Under the pieces are notes generated by a model. It searched no databases. It saw only the letters and a program-made list of their open reading frames with translations, and had not been told where the DNA came from. A stretch of DNA of 64,000 nucleotides from an uncultured Chloroflexia bacterium (lineage in GTDB: Bacteria > Chloroflexota > Limnocylindria > Limnocylindrales > CSP1-4), in assembly GCA_963820735.1 (NCBI GenBank), contig CAWGBA010000004.1, positions 131,579 through 195,578 on the forward strand. Direction: 5' to 3'. The translations under genes and the position numbers were made by a program. Below are positions 47,587 to 55,456 of this stretch, piece by piece (within the stretch, counting starts at the first letter, position 1; every line of letters starts with the position of its first letter).

Positions 47587-49611
47587 TCATCTTGAGACGA
47601 CCAGCAGGAAGCCGACCGACAGGACAATCAGGCCGGCGGCGATACCCAGCGCGTAGTTCTGCACGCGCCCGGTCTGGATGTGGCGCACCTCGGACCCGGC
47701 CGATTGGACCACGTGTGCGATGCCGTTGACCGTGCCATCGATGACCGCCCGGTCGAACCACCACAGGGAGGCGGCAACCAGGCTGCCGAAGCGCACGAAG
47801 AGCAGGTCGTTGAGGTCGTCGAAGTACCACTTATGGAACGAGCCGGTGTAGAGCGGCTTCGCGCGCTCCGTCCAGGCACGCACCAGCGCCTCGCGCGGCT
47901 TCAGGTTGAAGAAGCCGAACAGATACCAGCCGCCCACCATTCCCAGCACGGCGACTGCGACGCTGATCAGGATCAGCACGCCGTCGATGCCGAAGAGCGT
48001 GAAGGGTTGCTCGACGCGACCGAGCTCCTCGGTCGCCTGCTGGAAGACCGGTGTGAGCCATTGCGTGATCCGGCTGTCGCCGTAGGGCAGGCCCAGCAGC
48101 AGCCCGATGAAGATCGACGGGATCGCCAGCAGGATCAACGGTACCGTCATGGTCCGCGGTGACTCGTGGATCTTTGGCTCCACTTCCGGATCGACGTGGC
48201 TCGGGCCGTAGAACGTCTTGCCCATCAGCCTGAACATGTAGAACGCGGTCATCAAGGCCACGATCACGCCGATCACCCAGACGACGTAGAAGCCGTTCAA
48301 GAACGATTCGCTCAGGATCTCGTCCTTGCTGAAGAAACCGGCGAGCGGCGGAATCCCGGCAATCGCCAGCGCGCCGATCAACATCGTCCAGTGCGTGATG
48401 GGGATCTTCTTCGCGAGCGCCCCCATCTTGTTCATGTCCTGCTCGTCGTGCACGGCGTGGATCACCGAGCCGGAGTCGAGGAAGAGCAGGCCCTTGAAGA
48501 AGCCGTGCGCAACCAGGTGGAAGATCGCGGCGATGTACGCGCCGACGCCGAGCGCCGCGAACATGTAGCCCAGCTGTGACAGCGTCGAATAGGCCAGCAC
48601 GCGCTTGATGTCGGTCTGCGTGAAGGCGATCGACGCCGCCAGGATGGCCGTGAAGATGCCGATCGCCGCTACCACCACCATGGCGCCCGGAACGAGCGCG
48701 AAGATGCCGCTGGCGCGGGCGATGAAGTAGACGCCGGCGTTGACCATGGTCGCGGCGTGGATCAGTGCGCTCACCGGCGTCGGGCCTTCCATCGCGTCCG
48801 GCAGCCAGACATGGAGCGGGAACTGCGCCGACTTGCCCACCGCTCCGCAGAAGAGCAGGAGCGCGATGCCGGTCAACTGCCAGGTTGCAATGGAACCGTT
48901 GGCGTAAAGCTGCGGCAGCGTGGCGAAGACGGTCGGAAAGTTGAGCGTCCCCACGACGGTCCAGACCGCGAAGATGCCCAGCGAGAAGCCCATGTCGCCG
49001 ACGCGGTTGACGAGAAAGGCCTTCTTGGCAGCAAGGGCAGCGGAGCGTCGGCGGTACCAGAACCCGATCAGCAGGTAGCTCGACAGTCCGACCAGTTCCC
49101 AGGCCACGAAGAGCACCAGGAAGTTGTCTGCCAGGACCAGCAGCAGCATGCTGAACATGAAGAAGTTCAGGTACGTGAAGAAGCGCCACCGGCCCGGGTC
49201 GTGCGCCATGTACCCGATCGAGTAGACGTGCACGAGCATGCCGATCGTCGTGACCACGATGAGCATCACCGCGGTCAGCGCGTCGACCGCGAAGTTGGCG
49301 TCGACCACGAAGTTGCCTGCCGGGATCCACTGGTACAAGGTGAAGTGGATGCCCGCGTCCGGGATCGTTTTCGCGAAGAGCGTCTGGTAGACGATCCACA
49401 TCGCGACGAGCCACGTGATCACGATCGCCGAGACCGAGAAGATCCACGCGTAGCGCCCGAGGCGCCGGCCGAACACGGCGCTCAGGCCCGCCCCGACCAG
49501 CGGTAGAGCCATCAGGAGCAGCACCATGACCTGGTCCTGCTGCGTTCCGGGATCGAGAGTCGGCTGCACCGCGGTGCTCGCCGCGGCCAGGAGGTGCGTC
49601 GCGAAGGGCAC
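47587..49611 (-). CDS. nuoL: NADH-quinone oxidoreductase subunit L
   Basis: 674 aa. WELVGLSSYLLIGFW, LHVWLPDAMEGPTPVSALIHAATMV, and a long C-terminal amphipathic/TM extension. Confidence 0.9.
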   Translation of the reverse strand: MPFATHLLAAASTAVQPTLDPGTQQDQVMVLLLMALPLVGAGLSAVFGRRLGRYAWIFSVSAIVITWLVAMWIVYQTLFAKTIPDAGIHFTLYQWIPAGNFVVDANFAVDALTAVMLIVVTTIGMLVHVYSIGYMAHDPGRWRFFTYLNFFMFSMLLLVLADNFLVLFVAWELVGLSSYLLIGFWYRRRSAALAAKKAFLVNRVGDMGFSLGIFAVWTVVGTLNFPTVFATLPQLYANGSIATWQLTGIALLLFCGAVGKSAQFPLHVWLPDAMEGPTPVSALIHAATMVNAGVYFIARASGIFALVPGAMVVVAAIGIFTAILAASIAFTQTDIKRVLAYSTLSQLGYMFAALGVGAYIAAIFHLVAHGFFKGLLFLDSGSVIHAVHDEQDMNKMGALAKKIPITHWTMLIGALAIAGIPPLAGFFSKDEILSESFLNGFYVVWVIGVIVALMTAFYMFRLMGKTFYGPSHVDPEVEPKIHESPRTMTVPLILLAIPSIFIGLLLGLPYGDSRITQWLTPVFQQATEELGRVEQPFTLFGIDGVLILISVAVAVLGMVGGWYLFGFFNLKPREALVRAWTERAKPLYTGSFHKWYFDDLNDLLFVRFGSLVAASLWWFDRAVIDGTVNGIAHVVQSAGSEVRHIQTGRVQNYALGIAAGLIVLSVGFLLVVSR

Positions 49612-49614
49612 CCG

Positions 49615-49926
49615 CTACTCCCGCATGCTCGAGTACTCGTCGACCAGCGGCGTGCGGCGGTTGCGGTAGATGGCGATGACGATCGCGAGCCCGACCGTCG
49701 CCTCGCCGGCGGCCACGGCCATCACGAACAGGGCGATCACTGCGCCGTTGGCGGCGAGCTCCGGCACGAAGGCGCCGAATGCCACGATCGACAGGTTGAC
49801 GGCGTTGAGCATCAGCTCGATCGACATGAGCATGGCGATGGCGTTGCGGCGTGCCAGGAAGCCGAACGTACCGATCGCGAAGAGGAGGCCCGAGAGGATC
49901 AGGTAGGCGTTGAGGTCGTGAGCCAT
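49615..49926 (-). CDS. nuoK: NADH-quinone oxidoreductase subunit K
   Basis: 103 aa, MAHDLNAYLILSGLLFAIGTFGFLARRNAI..MSIELMLNAVNL..AAGEATVGLAI. This is the terminal part of the composite ORF 49615..51384. ATGA overlap with nuoJ. Confidence 0.9.
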   Translation of the reverse strand: MAHDLNAYLILSGLLFAIGTFGFLARRNAIAMLMSIELMLNAVNLSIVAFGAFVPELAANGAVIALFVMAVAAGEATVGLAIVIAIYRNRRTPLVDEYSSMRE

Positions 49927-50582
49927 CAGAGTCCCTCCCCTTGGGGTCCGTGCGCGGTCGAGGTACTCACCGCCGCGCCGGTTGCACCGAGCCTGCGCGA
50001 GACGGGCAGGGGAGGGTCGGCGGGCGGGTTGGTCTGGTCGAGGCCTTCTTCGAGCGGGCCGTCTTCGCGCTTGGCCAGGAAGACACCGCCGATGACGGCG
50101 GCGAGCAGCAGCACGCTGATCACCTCGAACGGCAGCACGTACGTGCCGAAAAGGAGATGCGCGATGGTCGGCGAGGCCGCGACCGTCGGGCCCGGAGCCG
50201 TCGGCCACGGTGTGGCGACGACGACCACCGTGATGATGGCCACGAGGAAGATCGCCAGGATGGCCGCGGCCCACGCCTGGTGGTGGAAGACCAGGCGAGC
50301 AGGGCCTGCCTTCGATTGGGTGAGCATGATGGCGAAGAGGATCAGCACGCTGATCGCGCCGATGTAGACGAGCACCTGCGCGCCGGCCACCAGCGGCGCG
50401 CCGAGCAGCACGTAGATGCCGGCAAGCGCCGCGAACGAGAGGATCATCCAGAGCCCGGAACGGATGATGTTCCGTCCGAGCACGACCAGCAGCGCAGACC
50501 CGAGCATGACCGCGGCCAGGAGCAGGAAGATCAGGTCGTCCCAGGCGATCCCCAGGTACGGGATGGTCGAGGGAAGCGCCAC
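49926..50582 (-). CDS. nuoJ: NADH-quinone oxidoreductase subunit J
   Basis: 218 aa. AALAGIYVLLGAPLVAGAQVLVYIGAISVLILFAIML is typical NuoJ. Confidence 0.85.
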   Translation of the reverse strand: MALPSTIPYLGIAWDDLIFLLLAAVMLGSALLVVLGRNIIRSGLWMILSFAALAGIYVLLGAPLVAGAQVLVYIGAISVLILFAIMLTQSKAGPARLVFHHQAWAAAILAIFLVAIITVVVVATPWPTAPGPTVAASPTIAHLLFGTYVLPFEVISVLLLAAVIGGVFLAKREDGPLEEGLDQTNPPADPPLPVSRRLGATGAAVSTSTAHGPQGEGL

Positions 50583-50585
50583 GGC

Positions 50586-53255
50586 CTAGCGGGGATGCGC
50601 GTGGGTGCCGCCGAACCCGTTGCCGGCGCCGTTCCCATGCCCGTGCCCATCCGCCGACCCGTGCCCGTTCCCGGACACTGCCGCGTTCGCCGCCAGCGGG
50701 CTCGACGCCACGGCCGCCGACACGGCACCCGGCGGCAGCATCGGAAGCATCCGCCCGGACGGAACGCCGCGACCGTTTGCCGAGGCTCGGGTGGCCCAGT
50801 CGCGCTCGCGGCGGACGTAGCTGATCTCGGTGTCTTGATCCATGGCGCTGATCGCCATCAGGTCGATCATCGGGTCGGCGCGGCTCTCGTGGCTGAGCTC
50901 GAAGTCGGGGCCGCAGCGAAGCGCGTCGTACGGGCACGCGTCCACGCAGATGCCGCAGAGGATGCAACGGCTCTCGTCGACGTCGTACTTCTCGAGCACG
51001 CGCGGCTTGGGCATCAGGGCGCCGGTCGGGCACGTCTCCGCGCAACGGCCGCACGAGACGCACGGCGTGGTGTTGAGGCTCATGTCGAGCGGCGTCGTGA
51101 CCAGGGTGTCGAAGCCAGTCCGCATGAAGTCGTAGCAGGCCGCGCCGACGACTTCCTTGCACACGTTTGCGCAGCGGCCGCAGTCGATGCAGCGCGACGG
51201 CTCGCGAAGGATGAACGCGTGCGAGTCGTCGCGGATGTAGTCGTGGTTGATGCCGGTGAAGCGGTTCTCGTCGACGCTGCGGTGGCTGAAGCCACTGCGT
51301 TCCGGCTCGAGCGTGCGCAGCGTGGTCCCGTATTCGATGCCCTGGCGGCGTAGGTCGCAGTAGCCGATCGCCTCGCAGGTGCACTGCAGGCAGCGGCCGG
51401 ACTCGGCCATCGCCTCGGCCTGCGTGTAGGGAATCTCGTACTCGATGTAGCTCGCGTTGCGCACCTCGGCCGGCATCGCCTTCAGGCGCAGGCGCGGCTC
51501 TTTGACCTCGCCGGTGAAGGGCACGATCGAGAGGAACTCGGGCTGCGGCTCGGCAAGCGTTTGGCGGGTGCGGATCGCTTGGAGATCCTGGCCCTTGAGG
51601 TACGCATCCACGGCGTAGGCGGCACGTCGCCCCTCGGCGACCGCCTGAACCACGGTCGCCGCGCCGACCCGCACGTCACCCGTTCCGAAGACGCCCGGGC
51701 GACCCGTCGCGAAGGTGACGGCATCAGCCACGAGTCGACCCCGGTTGGCGGTGACGCCATCGGCGCCGCGGTTGAGCCACGCCAACTCCGGCCCCTGGCC
51801 GATGGCCAGCAGCACGCGGTCGCAATCGATCACGAACTCTGTGCCCGCCATCGGCTCGGGCCGGCGGCGTCCGGAGGCATCCGGCGCGCCGAGCTTCATG
51901 CGCTGGAATTCGACGCCGGTGACCTTGTTGTTCGCGTCTGTCACGACCCTCGTCGGGGCCGCCTGGAAGATCGCGCGAGCGCCCTCCTCGATCGCCTCGT
52001 GCACCTCGTTGGCCGCGGGCATGTCCTTCATGTCGCGGCGGTAGACGAGCGTGACCTCCTTGGCACCCTGCCGGATGGAGGTCCTGGTGCAGTCCATGGA
52101 GGTGAAGCCGCCGCCGATCACGACAACGCGCTTGCCGGCGTGGCCCGGGTACGGCAGGCCAAGCGTCGCGATGCGCAGATACTCGAGGCCGTCGAGCACA
52201 CCCTCGGCGTCTTCGCCCGGGACGCCCAGCTTGTTGGTGTCGTAGCAGCCGATCGCGATGCAGACGGCGTCGAAGCCGCGGTTCTGCAGGTCGTCGAGCG
52301 TGTAGTCGCGGCCCAGTGCTGCGTTGCCCTGGAACTTGACGCCCAGGTCCCAGGCCGACTGGTACTCACCCTCGAGCACCTCGACCTTGGGCAGGCGGTA
52401 CTGCGGAATGCCGTAGCGCAGCATCCCGCCCGGCGCCGGGTCGCGTTCGAAGACCGTGACATCGTGGCCGGAGATCGCCAGGTAGTAGGCGGCCGACATA
52501 CCCGCCGGGCCGGAGCCGATCACGGCGACCTGCCGCCCGGACGTGGGCTGCAGCTCGAACGGGACCGGCGCCTTTGTGCCGTTGGCCTGCGCGCGGAGCA
52601 CTTGATCGCCGGCGTAGCGGTGGCTGTCGCGGATCGCGATCGCCTCCTCGACCTCGTCGCGGCGGCAGTGCTCCTCGCACGGTGCCGGGCAGACGCGGCC
52701 GAGCACGGAGGGGAACGGGATCGTGCGCTTGAAGATGCGCGCCGACTCGACGAAGTTGCCCTCCGTGTTGGCCTTCAGGAAGCCCGGGATGTCGATGTGC
52801 GACGGGCACTTGTTCTGGCACGGCGGCAGGCAGTAGGCGTTGTGGTCGCTGAAGATCAGCTCGAGGTTGGTCTTTCGGATCTGGCGCAGGCGCGGCGTTT
52901 GCGTGCGCACGACCATGTCGGGCTCGGCCTCGCGCGAGCAACTGATCGGCGGGGTTCCTTCGCCATCGACTTCGACCACGCACATGCGGCAGGCGCCGAA
53001 GCCGGGCAGCTTGGGCTCGTAGCAGAGCGTGGGGACCTCGACGCCGTTGTCGCGGCAGACCTCCAGGATCGTCTGGCCTTCTCGGCCCGTGACGGTTCGC
53101 CCGTCGATCTCGATCGTGAATGTCTGCGAGGCGATGCGACGCTGCGGGCTCTGCGTGACCAGGCGTGCCTCGGCGATCGCGTCCGGGGCAGCCGGATTCA
53201 CCGCCAGCGTGGCGTCCGAGGCGGCCGTTCGTTGCTGGGGCAAGGTGTCAGTCAT
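50586..53255 (-). CDS. Multidomain Fe-S flavoprotein: NuoG-type [2Fe-2S] N-terminus, GltD-like NAD(P)H oxidoreductase, NuoG/hydrogenase-type [4Fe-4S] domains, then the C-terminal half of NuoI
   Basis: aa ~45-125: TLCYEPKLPGFGACRMCVV..SC (2Fe-2S). aa ~140-560: CLPPCQNKCPSHIDIPGF..GRVCPAPCEEHC, VAVIGSGPAGMSAAYYL, GGGFTSMDC, GVFGTGDV (GltD/NfnB-like). aa ~620-750: CLQCTCEAIGYCDL, CIDCGRCANVC, CVSCGRCAETCPTGAL. aa ~755-800: KYDVDESRCILCGICVDACPYDALRCGPDFELSHESRADP. His/Gly/Asn-rich tail. Confidence 0.75.
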   Translation of the reverse strand: MTDTLPQQRTAASDATLAVNPAAPDAIAEARLVTQSPQRRIASQTFTIEIDGRTVTGREGQTILEVCRDNGVEVPTLCYEPKLPGFGACRMCVVEVDGEGTPPISCSREAEPDMVVRTQTPRLRQIRKTNLELIFSDHNAYCLPPCQNKCPSHIDIPGFLKANTEGNFVESARIFKRTIPFPSVLGRVCPAPCEEHCRRDEVEEAIAIRDSHRYAGDQVLRAQANGTKAPVPFELQPTSGRQVAVIGSGPAGMSAAYYLAISGHDVTVFERDPAPGGMLRYGIPQYRLPKVEVLEGEYQSAWDLGVKFQGNAALGRDYTLDDLQNRGFDAVCIAIGCYDTNKLGVPGEDAEGVLDGLEYLRIATLGLPYPGHAGKRVVVIGGGFTSMDCTRTSIRQGAKEVTLVYRRDMKDMPAANEVHEAIEEGARAIFQAAPTRVVTDANNKVTGVEFQRMKLGAPDASGRRRPEPMAGTEFVIDCDRVLLAIGQGPELAWLNRGADGVTANRGRLVADAVTFATGRPGVFGTGDVRVGAATVVQAVAEGRRAAYAVDAYLKGQDLQAIRTRQTLAEPQPEFLSIVPFTGEVKEPRLRLKAMPAEVRNASYIEYEIPYTQAEAMAESGRCLQCTCEAIGYCDLRRQGIEYGTTLRTLEPERSGFSHRSVDENRFTGINHDYIRDDSHAFILREPSRCIDCGRCANVCKEVVGAACYDFMRTGFDTLVTTPLDMSLNTTPCVSCGRCAETCPTGALMPKPRVLEKYDVDESRCILCGICVDACPYDALRCGPDFELSHESRADPMIDLMAISAMDQDTEISYVRRERDWATRASANGRGVPSGRMLPMLPPGAVSAAVASSPLAANAAVSGNGHGSADGHGHGNGAGNGFGGTHAHPR

Positions 53256-53258
53256 GAC

Positions 53259-54614
53259 TCACGCGACGCTTGCGGCGGCCGAGACGGAGGCGGGATGGCA
53301 GACGCCGGCCGGGCAGACCCCGCGCTCGATGTGGTCCTCGAACTCCGAGGCGAAGTATCGCAGCCCGCTCAGCAGCGGGTTCACCGCGGTCGCCTCGAGT
53401 CCGCACAGCGCGCCGTCACGCACGTCCGCGGCGAGCGAGACGAGCAGATCGGGATCCTGCGGGCTGCAGCGTCCGGAGCAGAAGCCCTCGCCGAGCTGCG
53501 CCAGCCGTCGCGTGCCAATGCGGCAGGGAATCGTCTTGCCGCACGCCTCGTCGTTGAGGTAGCGGGTCATCAGCGTCGCCAGCTCGACGATGCAGGAGGA
53601 GTCGTCGATCGCGACGATCGTGCCTGAGCCGGGCACGGCACCGGCGGCACCCAGCGCGTCGTGGGTCAGCGGCGTGGAGAGCGCTGACGGCGGTAGGAAG
53701 CCGCCGGACGGACCACCGACGAGCACTGCCTTGAGGCGCGGACCGTTGGCGACTGGGGCGAGGCCGCTCGCGGTATCGACGATCTGTTGAAGTGTCGTTC
53801 CGGTGGGCACCTCGAGGATGCCGCTCTGCGAGATGCTTCCCGTGATCTGGACGAGGGTCGTGCCGGGTTCAGCCGCATCGCCGATCTCAGCGAACGCGGA
53901 CGGGCCATTGATCACGATCCAGGGCACGGCCGCAAGGGTCTCGACGTTGTTCACGACCGTCGGCTTGCCGCGCAACCCGCGCTCCGTCGGAAACGGAGGT
54001 CGCTGATCGGGTTGGGCGCGTCGTTCCTCGAGCGCGCGAAGGAGCACGGTCTCCTCACCGACCACGAACGAGCCGGCCAGCTGGCGAACCTCGATCCAGA
54101 GCTGCTCGCCGGTGCCGGCGATCGTCGCGCCGATATAGCCCGCGTCCTCGGCCGCCGCGATCGCCGACCGCAGTCGGTTCGCCGCCGCCGTCGCATCGGC
54201 GGAAACCACGATGATCGCCCGCTCCGCGCCGACCGCCCAGGCCGCCAGCGCCACGCCCTCGACGACGCCGTGCGGGTCGGACTCCATCAACGTTCGGTCG
54301 AGCTGCGCGCCGGGATCGGCCTCGAAGCCGTTTGCCACGACGTAGCGTTCGGTCGCGCGACCAGCCGCGGCGCGGCAGTCGAGCCACTTGCGCCCGGTGG
54401 GATAGGCGCCGCCACCGCGGCCGCGAAGCCCCGAGTCGGTGACGACCCGGATGACCTGCTCCGGCGTCATGGTCGAGACGGCCCTCCGCCAAGCCGTCCA
54501 GGCGCCGTGCTTCTCGGCGTTCGCGAAGTCGGCCCGCTCGATGGATGGGTCGTATGCCCCCGCCCGTGCGAGCAGGATCGACGGCCAACCGTGACGCATC
54601 TGCAGCAACTGCAT
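53259..54614 (-). CDS. nuoF: NuoF-like NADH-binding flavoprotein subunit (divergent)
   Basis: GLRGRGGGAYPTGRKW, NGFEADPGAQLDRTLMESDPH, GEETVLLRALE...PPFPTERGLRGKPTVVNNVET. The N3 region reads EACGKTIPCRIG rather than the usual SCGKCTPCREG. Confidence 0.8.
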   Translation of the reverse strand: MQLLQMRHGWPSILLARAGAYDPSIERADFANAEKHGAWTAWRRAVSTMTPEQVIRVVTDSGLRGRGGGAYPTGRKWLDCRAAAGRATERYVVANGFEADPGAQLDRTLMESDPHGVVEGVALAAWAVGAERAIIVVSADATAAANRLRSAIAAAEDAGYIGATIAGTGEQLWIEVRQLAGSFVVGEETVLLRALEERRAQPDQRPPFPTERGLRGKPTVVNNVETLAAVPWIVINGPSAFAEIGDAAEPGTTLVQITGSISQSGILEVPTGTTLQQIVDTASGLAPVANGPRLKAVLVGGPSGGFLPPSALSTPLTHDALGAAGAVPGSGTIVAIDDSSCIVELATLMTRYLNDEACGKTIPCRIGTRRLAQLGEGFCSGRCSPQDPDLLVSLAADVRDGALCGLEATAVNPLLSGLRYFASEFEDHIERGVCPAGVCHPASVSAAASVA

Positions 54615-54616
54615 GG

Positions 54617-55456
54617 CTAGGCGATGCCCCCCTGGGCGACGTGAGCGCGGAGTCCCGCCGAGATCACGATGGCATCATCGACGGTCGCCCGCGGCAGGGC
54701 CTGCCCATCCACCTCGACGCGTGGCGTTCCGGTGGCCGTGCCTCGGCAGTCGGTCTGCTCGAGGCGCACGGCGCCGTCCGGGCTCACGCCACCGACGTCA
54801 GTGCCCAGGTGCTCGCGGAACGCGGCAAGGATCCGGCCGCTGCCAAGGACCGCGCACGTGGCGCAGCGACAGACACGCACGACGTGGGTGCTCGGCGGCT
54901 CGAACTGCAGGTGCGGGTACGAGGTGGCGATGCCATACAGCTCCGAGTACCACGCGCCCGTCTGGTGCGCCACGTGCTGCAGCGCTGCAACCGGCAGGTG
55001 CCCGTAGGCTGCTTGGGCGCCTTCGAGGATCTGGACCGCTCGCTTCGGGTCGTAGTCCTCTCGAGCGAGCACGGCGTCTAGCGGGCCGAGATCGATCGGC
55101 TCGAAGGGATCGAAGCTGCGGTCCGGGACCGGCCGCCCCGAGCGGCGCAACGCGGACTCCTCGCGGCGCTCGTCGTATTGCTCGGCCGGACCCCAGTGGA
55201 TGTGGAAGCGGTTCTTCGTATCGACGCCACCCATGTCGATGCACTCGATGGGGCATGCCGCGGCGCACTGGAAGCAGGTCTCGCACTTGAGCGCGCCGTA
55301 CTCGTCGTAGAGCAGCAGCAGCCGGCCTCGATGCTTGGGCGCGATCGGCTGGACGACCTCGGGGTACTGCACCGTGATCTTGGGCTGGACGAGGCGCGTG
55401 AACGTGAGCATGAAGCCCTTCACGATGCCGAGCCCGGGAATGCGATCGGCGCGCAT
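54617..55456 (-). CDS. Fusion: N-terminal half of NuoI (one 4Fe-4S motif) joined to a NuoE-like thioredoxin-fold domain
   Basis: ATG 55456 shares one nucleotide with the nuoH stop (TGATG overlap). The N-terminus MRADRIPGLGIVKGFMLTFTRLVQPKITVQYPE..KHRGRLLLL..KCETCFQCAAACPIECI is NuoI-like. The C-terminus LPVAALQHVAHQTG..YGIATSYPHLQF..VVRVCRCATCAVLG..DGAVRLEQTDCRGTATGTPRV is NuoE-like. Confidence 0.7.
   Translation of the reverse strand: MRADRIPGLGIVKGFMLTFTRLVQPKITVQYPEVVQPIAPKHRGRLLLLYDEYGALKCETCFQCAAACPIECIDMGGVDTKNRFHIHWGPAEQYDERREESALRRSGRPVPDRSFDPFEPIDLGPLDAVLAREDYDPKRAVQILEGAQAAYGHLPVAALQHVAHQTGAWYSELYGIATSYPHLQFEPPSTHVVRVCRCATCAVLGSGRILAAFREHLGTDVGGVSPDGAVRLEQTDCRGTATGTPRVEVDGQALPRATVDDAIVISAGLRAHVAQGGIA

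Noticed and set aside
49615-51384. 589-aa ORF reported as one unit
   Set aside because: Only its last 103 codons (nuoK) are meaningful. The upstream part is an out-of-frame read-through across nuoJ and the 3' end of the NuoG-like gene.
51561-53627. 688-aa plus-strand ORF, and 57132..58514 and 59547..61787 likewise
   Set aside because: These are antisense to nuo genes. 59547..61787 is only partly real: its downstream portions are fragments of the APC permease. Composition is shadow-like.
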